10,935 nt of DNA from Candidatus Methylomirabilota bacterium (lineage in GTDB: Bacteria > Methylomirabilota > Methylomirabilia > Rokubacteriales > CSP1-6): positions 1-10,935 of the forward strand of contig JBKPAK010000306.1 of assembly GCA_046726415.1 (NCBI GenBank), read 5' to 3'. The position numbers and the translations under genes are program-made. The stretch's first letter is position 1, and the number at the start of each line of letters is the position of its first letter. Positions 1-7,221 of this stretch are shown one piece after another. The notes beneath the pieces are model-generated. The model was not told the DNA's origin and did not search any database. It saw only the letters and a program-made list of their open reading frames with translations.

Positions 1-2
1 GC

Positions 3-740
3 CACGCTGGAGCGGTGGCCCCGCGGATCGAGCGGGTGCTGGCCGGAGGAGTCTATGACCTGACGGTCTTCAAGGTCCACTTTGGCCGCCTGACCTTGAA
101 GATCTACGACAAAGGGGCACGGGTGCTGCGGATCGAGGTCATCGTCCACAGTGTCAAGGAGCTCAGGTGCGGGAAGCGCCTTGAGAAACTCGCGATCATG
201 CTGGCCCGGCTCCAGCGAATGGTGATCGACTTTCTCAACGTGGTGCACGCCGCCCACCTCGGGGCCCTCGACCCGGCAGCGCTGGACACCTTGCCGCAGC
301 CGACGCAGCGCGGAGCCCAGCGGCTGGCGGGCATCGACATCCAGAAGCCGCGTATGCGGGCGGTGCTCGAAGCGGTGCTGAACTTGGCGCCCACGCCAGA
401 CGGGTTCACCGCGGGCGAATTGGCGATACGAACCGGTGCCCTCCTGCAGCAGCCGACCTACACGCCCCGCCACGCCGCCTACGACCTACGCAAGCTGCGC
501 GGCAAGGGATTGATCGACCGCGTCGGAACGACCCGGTGCTATCAACCCACGACGCCTGCGATCCGCACCGTGGTGGCCTTGCTAATCCTGCGGGAAAAGG
601 TCATCAAACCCGTTCTCGCTGGCGCCGGCCGACCCAAACCGGGTCGCCCGCCGAAAAACCCGCATCCGTTGGACGTGCACTACGAGAACCTCCACCGAGA
701 AATGCGACAGACCCTTAACACGCTGGGCGTGGCGGCGTGA
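3..740 (+). CDS. 5'-truncated putative transposase of an uncharacterised IS-like family (often annotated hypothetical or MarR-family); C-terminal half with YDK/RIE motifs and winged-helix
   Basis: Frame is open to the window edge. Translation contains LTVFKVHFGRLTLKIYDKGARVLRIEV, then GF..ELA...YTPRHAAYDLRKLRGKGLIDRVGTTRCY (wHTH-like), and ends LGVAA-TGA at 738-740. Family recognised from memory. Confidence 0.75.
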   Translation, partial: HAGAVAPRIERVLAGGVYDLTVFKVHFGRLTLKIYDKGARVLRIEVIVHSVKELRCGKRLEKLAIMLARLQRMVIDFLNVVHAAHLGALDPAALDTLPQPTQRGAQRLAGIDIQKPRMRAVLEAVLNLAPTPDGFTAGELAIRTGALLQQPTYTPRHAAYDLRKLRGKGLIDRVGTTRCYQPTTPAIRTVVALLILREKVIKPVLAGAGRPKPGRPPKNPHPLDVHYENLHREMRQTLNTLGVAA

Positions 741-792
741 GCCGTGCAGCCTCGAACAACATGTTCGTCATGGTCGTGCGCTAAGCGGCCAA
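741..792 (+). mobile_element. Probable right end of the left IS-like element, with subterminal hairpin
   Basis: Hairpin CGAACA-aca-TGTTCG at 753-767, then ...GCTAAGCGGCCAA. An unrelated recombinase reading frame begins abruptly at about 788-792, which marks the junction. Confidence 0.5.
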
Positions 793-1247
793 TTACATTC
801 GCGCCATCGGCCAGGGCATCGATCCTGCGGACGTTCGGGAGGCGCTGGGCCGAGCCTAGCACCGCCAGGAGACTCTAGCGGCACGCCTGGAAGCCTTGGA
901 CCGACCGGTGGCGCCGGTGGACCCCACGCGGCGCCCTATTGGCGGACTGGCGAGAGCTCCTCCGGGCGGCGCCGGAGCAGGCGCAGCGATTCCTGCGGAA
1001 ACTGTTTCCCGAACCGATCCAGGTGACGGCCGTGCCAGCCGGCTGGCACTGCAGCGGGCAGGCGTCCTTCACCGACTTGGTCGCCGGGCTGATCCCGGGC
1101 ACAGCCGCTGTAGCTGTTGGTGCCCCGGGGTGTCACGCTCGAACTTCCAGACCTGATTCCCTTCCGCGCCGGGTGGCGCCGGGTTGCGTGAGTCGGGCGC
1201 GCACGTACTTCCGCACGTGGTCTGACCCCCCTCCAACTATCGAATAG
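788..1247 (+). pseudogene. C-terminal remnant of a large serine recombinase (integrase)
   Basis: Frame from 788 reads ANYIRAIGQGIDPADVREALGRA*HRQETLAARLEALD (coiled-coil, in-frame TAG at 857-859). After a frameshift near 925-940 it continues LADWRELLRAAPEQAQRFLRKLFPEPIQV...SGQASFTDLVAGLIPG...VGAPG, resembling LSR C-termini. Recognisable to about 1130; no catalytic domain is present. Confidence 0.6.
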
Positions 1248-1432
1248 CTCGGGAGCGGCACGTTGCCGAATGCAGCAGATCGACGCACCGAGGCGCATTC
1301 GAGCGCCTCGTTACTCGCGGCTTGTCAGCGGCGACTGGCACCTACGTGCCCGGCAGCAGTAAGCCGTGCGGCCCTGCGGAAGCCAGGACGCCCAACGAAG
1401 AGAGGAGGTCATCGCGGTCCCGATCGGAGAAA

Positions 1433-1502
1433 CGGCCGGGCCCCCGGCACGGGCGATGGCCGCGCACGCCTCGCCGAAGGCCGCGGCGTGGCCGTCGCTC
1501 AT
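1433..1502 (-). pseudogene. Possible 5' stub of the next gene of the ABC operon, truncated
   Basis: ATG lies 1 nt after the permease stop (TGA-G-ATG). About 23 codons (MSDGHAAAFGEACAAIARAGGPA) have host-like GC-ending codons, after which coding character is lost. Confidence 0.3.
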
Positions 1503-1503
1503 C

Positions 1504-2406
1504 TCAGAGCTTCAGATGCGGATCGAGCCAGTCGCGGAGGGCGTTGCCCATGAGGTTGATCATGAGCGTGGTGAGGAAGATGGCGAGGCCGGGGAAGGTG
1601 GCGATCCACCACGAGTTCAGCATGTAGACGCGTCCCTCGCCCAGCATGTTGCCCCAGGCCGGGGTGGGCGGCTGGATGCCGAGGCCGAGGAAGGACAGGA
1701 ACGACTCGGCGATGATCACCTGGGCGACCTGCAGCGTGGCGATGACCACGATGACCGAGCTGAGGTTGGGCCCGATCTGCAGGAACATCAGCCGCAGGTG
1801 GCTCATGCCGAGGGCGCGCCCGGCCAGCACGAACTCGCGCTCGCGGAGCGCCAGCGTCTCGGCGCGCACCACGCGCGCGTAGATGGGCCAGGCGGCCACA
1901 CCGAGCACGAGGATCATGTTCTTGAGGCTGGCCCCCAGCACCGCGATGACGGCCAGCGCGAGGAGAACGAACGGGAAGGTCAGCATCACGTTGACGACCG
2001 ACATGATGAGCCAGTCGATGTTGCCGCGGAAGTAGCCGGCCGTGAGCCCGAGCAGGACCCCGATGCTGGCGGCCATTAGCACCGCGGTGATGCCCACCAC
2101 CAGCGAGACACGGCCGCCGTAGATCATGCGCGAGAGCAGGTCGCGCCCGACCTGGTCGGTGCCGAGCAGGTGCGCGGAGGTGCCGCCCTCCATCCAGGCC
2201 GGCGGCGCCAGCCGGTGGCGGATGTTGACGGCCAGCGGGTCGTGCGGCGCGATGTACGGGGCGAACACGGCGGTGGCCACGATCAGCAGCAGGACACCGG
2301 CCGCCACCAGTCCCCAGCGCAGCCGCAGCAGGCGCCGCAGCGTGGCGTATCCCACCTCCGGCGCCGCGACGCGCGCCTCCTGTAGCTCGGCGCTGACCGT
2401 GCTCAT
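1504..2406 (-). CDS. Peptide/nickel ABC transporter permease (DppC/OppC family), 300 aa
   Basis: Motifs HLLGTDQVGRDLLSRMIYGGRVSL, REREFVLAGRALG (EAA loop), ESFLSFLGLG..PP.P.WG.ML and LRDWLDP. Start MSTVS at 2406 overlaps the upstream stop (ATGA); the longer ORF-track start is spurious. Confidence 0.95.
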   Translation of the reverse strand: MSTVSAELQEARVAAPEVGYATLRRLLRLRWGLVAAGVLLLIVATAVFAPYIAPHDPLAVNIRHRLAPPAWMEGGTSAHLLGTDQVGRDLLSRMIYGGRVSLVVGITAVLMAASIGVLLGLTAGYFRGNIDWLIMSVVNVMLTFPFVLLALAVIAVLGASLKNMILVLGVAAWPIYARVVRAETLALREREFVLAGRALGMSHLRLMFLQIGPNLSSVIVVIATLQVAQVIIAESFLSFLGLGIQPPTPAWGNMLGEGRVYMLNSWWIATFPGLAIFLTTLMINLMGNALRDWLDPHLKL

Positions 2407-3320
2407 GCCGTGTGGATCCTCGGGTCGATGAGGCCCACGATGAGATCGATCACCAGGTTCACGCCGACGATGAGCAGCGCGAGCAGGATCACCGCGCACT
2501 GGACGACCGGAAAGTCCTGGTTGCGGATGGACTCGACCGTGAGCGTGGCCACGCCCGGCCACGCGAACACCGTCTCGGTGATGACGGCGCCGCCCAGCAG
2601 CTGGCCGAACTGCAGCCCGATCACGGTGATGACGGGAATGCAGGCGTTGCGCAGCGCGTGCTTCACCACGACCATCCCTTCGCCCAGCCCCTTGGCCCGT
2701 GCGGTCTTGATGAACTCCATGTTCATGATCTCGATCACGCCGGAACGCACTAACCGCATGGTGATGGGGGCCAGCGCGGCGCCCAGGCAGAAGGCCGGCA
2801 TCACGAAGTGCTGCCAGGTGCCGTAGCCGGACGCCGGCAGCGCCCGGAGCCGCACGGCGAAGACGATGATCAGCATGATGCCGAGCCAGAACAGCGGCGT
2901 GGCCTGGCCGGCCACGGCCAGCGTGGTGCACACGCTATCCACCCACGAATGTCGTTTGAGCGCGGCCAGCGTGCCGAGCGGCAGCGCGATGAGCAGCGCG
3001 ACGGCCAGGCCCGAGAACGTCAGGTAGATGGTGGGCGGCATCCGCTCCAGCACGAGCTTGAAGGCCGGGGTGTCCGCGTACCACGACTTGCCGAAGTCGC
3101 CGAAGACGGCCTTGGAGACGAACTTCCAGTACTGCACGTAGAGCGGCCGGTCGAGGCCGAGCAGGTGGCGGTAGCGCTCGAACTCCTCCTTGCCCGCGTT
3201 CTGCGGAAGGAGCAGGAGGACCGGGTCGCCGAGGACGTGCAGGATCATGAAGGCGAGCAGCGAGATGCCGATGACGACCACGACGAGCTGGACGAGCTGC
3301 CGGGCGATGTAGCGTCGCAT
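2403..3320 (-). CDS. Peptide/nickel ABC transporter permease (DppB/OppB family), 305 aa
   Basis: Motifs LGLDRPLYVQY, GDFGKS, EFIKTARAKGL, KHALRNA.IPVIT, GGAVITETVFAWPG and IDPRI. Confidence 0.96.
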   Translation of the reverse strand: MRRYIARQLVQLVVVVIGISLLAFMILHVLGDPVLLLLPQNAGKEEFERYRHLLGLDRPLYVQYWKFVSKAVFGDFGKSWYADTPAFKLVLERMPPTIYLTFSGLAVALLIALPLGTLAALKRHSWVDSVCTTLAVAGQATPLFWLGIMLIIVFAVRLRALPASGYGTWQHFVMPAFCLGAALAPITMRLVRSGVIEIMNMEFIKTARAKGLGEGMVVVKHALRNACIPVITVIGLQFGQLLGGAVITETVFAWPGVATLTVESIRNQDFPVVQCAVILLALLIVGVNLVIDLIVGLIDPRIHTA

Positions 3321-3332
3321 GAGGCCGCAGGG

Positions 3333-3363
3333 GGCCCGGGCCTGGAAATGCCAGGCCCGGGCC
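3333..3363. promoter_or_regulatory. Intercistronic stem-loop between the binding-protein and permease genes
   Basis: Perfect 13-bp stem GGCCCGGGCCTGG-aaatg-CCAGGCCCGGGCC with no U-tract. The position is typical of mRNA-stabilising or attenuating hairpins in ABC operons. Confidence 0.7.
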
Positions 3364-3377
3364 GGGACCGCTCCTGC

Positions 3378-4916
3378 CTACTTCTTCCGCGGCGTCACGA
3401 CGAACAGCCGGTCGATCTCGTCGCGGGGCGCCTCGTACTCGATCCGGTTGCTGATGCCCCACACGCCGCGCAGCCCCCACTTGTAGAGGTAGGCCGCGTC
3501 ATCGTGGAGGAGCTTCTGCGCCCGGGCATAGATCTCCGTGCGCTTCTTCGCATCCAGCGTGGAGCGGCCCTGGATCACCAGGTCGTCCAGCGCCTTGTTG
3601 CAGTAGTAGCTGTAGGGCTGGCCGCACGTCATGACGTCGTACAGGATGGCGTCGGCGTCGAAGACGGAGTAATAGCCCCACGACCAGGTGAACATCGGCT
3701 CGGCCTTGTTGTCACGGACGAGGTTCGTGAACGGCCCCACCTCGCCGATGAACTTCTGCTTGGTCTTGATGCCGGCCTTGGCCAGGTCGGCCGCGATCGC
3801 CTCGGTGGTCTGGATGAGCCCCGGCTCCACGGTCGGTCCCGTCGTGAGGAAGCCCACCTCGAAACCGTTCGGGTAGCCGGCCTCGGCCAAGAGCTTCTTG
3901 GCCTGGGCCAGGTCCTGCTTGTAGGGCTTGACGCTCGCGTCGAAGCCGAAGGCCATCGGGTTGACCGTCGTGGCGACCCGGTCGCCGAGGCCGTTGATGA
4001 CGTGCTTGATGATCGCGTCCATGTCGACCGCCATGTTGGCGGCCTGGCGGACCTTCTTGTCCTGGAAGGGGTTCTTGCCGGCCCGGCCCGACTGGTCGAG
4101 CTGGATCATGGCCGTGCGCAGGATCGGCGAGGTGGACGTCCGCGCCGCGCCCGACTTGTTGATGACGTCCATCTGGTCGGGCGGGACCGCCTTGATGAGG
4201 TCCACGCCGCCCGAGATCAGCTCCGCGATCTGCGTGGCCTGCTCGGGGATGATGCGCACGCGCACGTACTTGAAGTGCGGCTTCGTCCCCCAGTAGTCGT
4301 CGTTGCGCACCAGGACATGCTCCTGCTTCTTCGTCCACTTCTGGAGCTTGTACGGCCCGGTGCCGACCGGGTTCTCCTGCAGCCACTCGTGCCCCTTCTC
4401 CTTGATCGCCTTCTCGGACTGCACGACCTGGGCGGTGAGGCGCTCCACGAAGAGCGGGTAGGGCCCGTCGGTGTGGAACTTTACCGTGAGGTCGTCGACG
4501 ATCTCCACGCTCTTGATCTTGGCGTGGTTGCCGCGCGCGGTGAGCTTGAGGTTCGGGTCCAGCACCCGGTCAAAGGTGGCCTTGACGTCCTTGGCCGTGA
4601 ACGGGGTGCCGTCGTGGAACTTCACGCCCTTGCGGAGCTTGACCTCCCACGTGGTGTCGTCGAGGTTCTTCCACGACACCGCCAGGCTCGGCCCCACCTT
4701 GCCCGTCTTGAGGTCACGGGCTGCCAGGTGATCGAAGACGTGGTAACCGAGGATGATGCTCTCGCGGAGCACCGAGTTCGGTGGATCCCAGGTCTGGACG
4801 TCGCTCTGCAGTGCATAGACGACCGTGTCGTCCTTGGTCTGCGCGAGGACATCGGCAGGCGTGAGCAGGGCGAGGACGAGCAGGGGGACCAATCCCAGCG
4901 TGGCGGCGCGAGCCAT
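3378..4916 (-). CDS. ABC transporter substrate-binding protein, family 5 (DppA/OppA/NikA-like), 512 aa
   Basis: Shine-Dalgarno AAGGAGG before ATG 4916. Signal peptide MARAATLGLVPLLVLALLTPADVLA. Motifs LRKGVKFHDGTPFTAKDVKATF, PVGTGPYKL, D.KVRQA, AKKLLAEAGYPNGF. Confidence 0.96.
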   Translation of the reverse strand: MARAATLGLVPLLVLALLTPADVLAQTKDDTVVYALQSDVQTWDPPNSVLRESIILGYHVFDHLAARDLKTGKVGPSLAVSWKNLDDTTWEVKLRKGVKFHDGTPFTAKDVKATFDRVLDPNLKLTARGNHAKIKSVEIVDDLTVKFHTDGPYPLFVERLTAQVVQSEKAIKEKGHEWLQENPVGTGPYKLQKWTKKQEHVLVRNDDYWGTKPHFKYVRVRIIPEQATQIAELISGGVDLIKAVPPDQMDVINKSGAARTSTSPILRTAMIQLDQSGRAGKNPFQDKKVRQAANMAVDMDAIIKHVINGLGDRVATTVNPMAFGFDASVKPYKQDLAQAKKLLAEAGYPNGFEVGFLTTGPTVEPGLIQTTEAIAADLAKAGIKTKQKFIGEVGPFTNLVRDNKAEPMFTWSWGYYSVFDADAILYDVMTCGQPYSYYCNKALDDLVIQGRSTLDAKKRTEIYARAQKLLHDDAAYLYKWGLRGVWGISNRIEYEAPRDEIDRLFVVTPRKK

Positions 4917-4968
4917 GACACCCTCCTTGTCCGGGTGAACCGTCGGTGGGCCGGAGCGAATGGCGCAC

Positions 4969-4998
4969 ATCCTAGCCGCGGGGTGGGGGCGGCGTCAA
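4969..4998 (-). promoter_or_regulatory. Putative sigma70 promoter of the ABC operon
   Basis: Minus strand TTGACG (4998-4993), 18-nt spacer, TAGGAT (4974-4969), about 50 nt upstream of the start codon. Confidence 0.6.
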
Positions 4999-5067
4999 AC
5001 GCCCCCGCCGGCGACGCCGGTATGACGGTGTGCTCGCGTGACATCATGCGGCCGCTGGGCGACCGAG

Positions 5068-5344
5068 GGCGTCAGAATTCCAAAAGCCCCTTCGCCGCCG
5101 CCAACTCTCCCCCTCGCTCGCCTGCCGGGCGCCACGATCGCGCCCCCGGAGGGCGAAGTCAAGCGCCCGGCAAGGGCCATGCCCCTCGGTAGGGCTCAGA
5201 CGGGCGGCGAGCCGGCGACACCCTTGCCCTCGTTGAGAAGCAAGCCGGGCGCGGCCCGAGCCAGAACGACGGCGGGAGGCAGACGACGGCGAGAGGTGCG
5301 GAGCGCGTGGGGCCGAGGGAATGCCGACGAGGGGTCGTGGTCGG
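5068..5344 (-). mobile_element. IS91/ISCR-type oriIS end region (degenerate)
   Basis: Lies downstream of the transposase stop. Minus strand ends GGGGCTTTTGGAATTCTGACGC (5090-5069), resembling the ISCR oriIS terminus as I recall it (GCGTTTGAACTTCCTATAC). Contains a perfect 10-bp inverted repeat, TGCCGGGCGC (5123-5132) / GCGCCCGGCA (5163-5172). Confidence 0.5.
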
Positions 5345-5856
5345 TTACGCTCCCCGCCGCGGCGGCGAGCGCGAGGCGGCCGGGGAGGGCGATGCGCTGA
5401 CGAGCCCGAGCCGCTCGAGCAAGACACGAAGGCGCTCGCCTCCGGTGTGCACCCCCACGATCCGCCGCCGGCGGCCGCCGCGCGGACACGGAAAGACGTC
5501 CAGGGCGAACACCCGCCGCCGCCGCACCGCCCCCGACGACCTCTCACCAGGCGTACCCAACGACCCGGGCGACGGCTCCGCCCGCGGCCCCCGCCCCTCG
5601 CTTCGCCCCGCCCCCGGGGTTGCTTCATCGACAGCATCGGAACCCCGGGGAATGACCGCCGACCGCCCCGCCGCGCGCGGGCCGAGCAGCCCCTGAAAGC
5701 GCCGCGGATGAAAGCGAGGGGAGGAATCAGGAGCGCCATCTTCTCGATCAGCTCCAGCGGCTCCCGCAGCCGATGCGTGGTTCCGTCCGCCCGCGGATGG
5801 GCCAGCTCGAACAACAGCGGCCCGTGCGAGCTCTCCGTCAACCGCTCCCGCGCCAG
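5345..5856 (-). pseudogene. IS91-family (Y2/ISCR-like) transposase, C-terminal remnant
   Basis: Reads LARERLTESSHGPLLFELAHPRADGTTHRLREPLELIEKMALLIP, frameshifts near 5720, then PRFHPRRFQGLLGP...RRVFALDVFPCPRGG...LLERLGL...RSPP. This matches the recalled IS91-family DGTTH..EPLE...PPPR.H..R.HG and RVF..D...CP.CGG motifs. The HUH half is absent. Confidence 0.85.
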
Positions 5857-7099
5857 ACGCACCGTCTCGAGCGCGCGCTGGTACTCGTCCTGCTGCGCCT
5901 TCCGCGCCGCGAGGACGCGGTCGGTCAGGTACTCCACCGCGATCAGATTGCCGCTCGGCGTTCGTCCCGGCACGATTTCGAAGTGCCCGGGCGTGACGGA
6001 CGCGATGCTGAACGGCATGGTCGCGGGACGCTCGCGGGTGAGGACGGCCAGGTCGATGTCGGACCGGGAGTGAGGCTCCTTCGGCCAGCGACCCGCCGAG
6101 GCGCACCACCGCATCGGGCGGGAGAGGAAACCGCGACAGCAGTTCATCGGTCGACGTGACGTATTCCTGGAAGACCGACGAGAGCGCCTCGGGCGTCACC
6201 GGCGCCGGCCGCGGCCGGTAGGCCGCGTCTGGAAGGCTCGTGCGGGTGGTCGGCGTGAGGTCGTTGGGGATCCAGTGCGCCGACAACGCCACCACGCAAC
6301 GGAACAGCCAGTGCTCCCCGAGGAGGTCGTCCACCCGCGCACTGAAGTCGCGCAGCCAGCCGATGTGCGCATCCATGTTTTCCGGCGCGACGAAGAGGCC
6401 GCGGACGAGATCGGCATACAGCGACGGGACGTGCACGCGGCTCCATTCGAGCAGCGCACCCTCCGACGGCAGCACCGTGCCATGAAAGTTCCCGATGGTG
6501 CGTCCCATGAGGTTGACCGTTTCACGGCTGATGACGGCCACAGTGCTGTCCATGTGATGGCCGAACAACCCTTCGACGTCCTCCATGCCGCGCTTGTAGT
6601 AGATGAAGAGCAACGTCGTGAACTGGAACGGCAGCTGCCAGCGGTTGAGCGCGCGCCACAGCCGATCGCCGTCGGGCAGGGGTCTGACGGGCCGCCAGCG
6701 CTGCAGACGGGAGATCACGGCGAACTCGCTGGGCGTGAGATACGACACCTCCACCCGTGCGGGGCGCCACGCCGCGAGCGGGCGAAACGCCGCGGTCTCT
6801 CCCGGCGAGCAGCCCCCACACCGGTCGCAGCGGCCCGAAATTCCTCGCCAGCTTAGCGACGAGCGCGTCAAGTCGCGCTTCGGCGCGATGTGGACCTCGA
6901 CGCGTTCGCCGTCAACGACGACAACCGCATGCGAAGGCCGGCCGTCGCTCGCACTAAGCCGGATGACCAGAGCCACGAGGGTGGTCTCGTTCGACTTCCT
7001 CGACGAACACCGCGTCCCCGACATCCGCGCTGCCGTCGGCACGCAGCCGTTCCGGGAATGCCGCATCGCTCGTGCGTGCGCGGCTGTAGGGGGGCGCAT
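5857..7099 (-). pseudogene. Frameshifted, 3'-truncated Pol-beta-superfamily nucleotidyltransferase (probably NTase-like, helical and NTase domains in tandem)
   Basis: VVRLGGSLAEG in one frame continues as HSRSDIDLAVLT in another (shift at about 6073-6077), rebuilding the hGS...DhD motif, followed by IAVEY (third carboxylate strand). Upstream helical segment YYKRGMEDVEGLF...VAVISRETV; further apparent shifts near 6800-6990. Start codon uncertain. Confidence 0.65.
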
Positions 7100-7193
7100 C
7101 TGGAAGAGGCGCTCTACTCGATCTGTGATGGGAAGTATGCGGCCTCGGCGCCGCGGTGTCGTAACCGGACGATGGGGGTTCGAAGCGATCCTT

Positions 7194-7221
7194 ACACGGT
7201 CTCGATCACACGGTCTCGATC
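7194..7221. repeat. Perfect 14-bp tandem duplication across the purA stop
   Basis: ACACGGTCTCGATC at 7194-7207 and again at 7208-7221. Confidence 0.9.

Noticed and set aside
2407..2931. 175-aa N-terminal extension of the DppC-like permease
   Set aside because: It overlaps the upstream permease out of frame; the ATGA-coupled start at 2406 gives a normal length.
2808..5192. 794-aa plus-strand ORF
   Set aside because: Antisense shadow of the GC3-rich ABC genes; no motifs of its own.
5345..7099. 584-aa ORF as a single real protein (likewise 5044-6147)
   Set aside because: It is a patchwork of NTase relic, out-of-frame sequence and IS91 tail, kept open by compensating frameshifts and high GC.
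7150..7192. tRNA-like GGGGGTTCGAA with a small preceding stem
   Set aside because: The T-stem has no pairing partner, and no acceptor stem or D-arm can be built.
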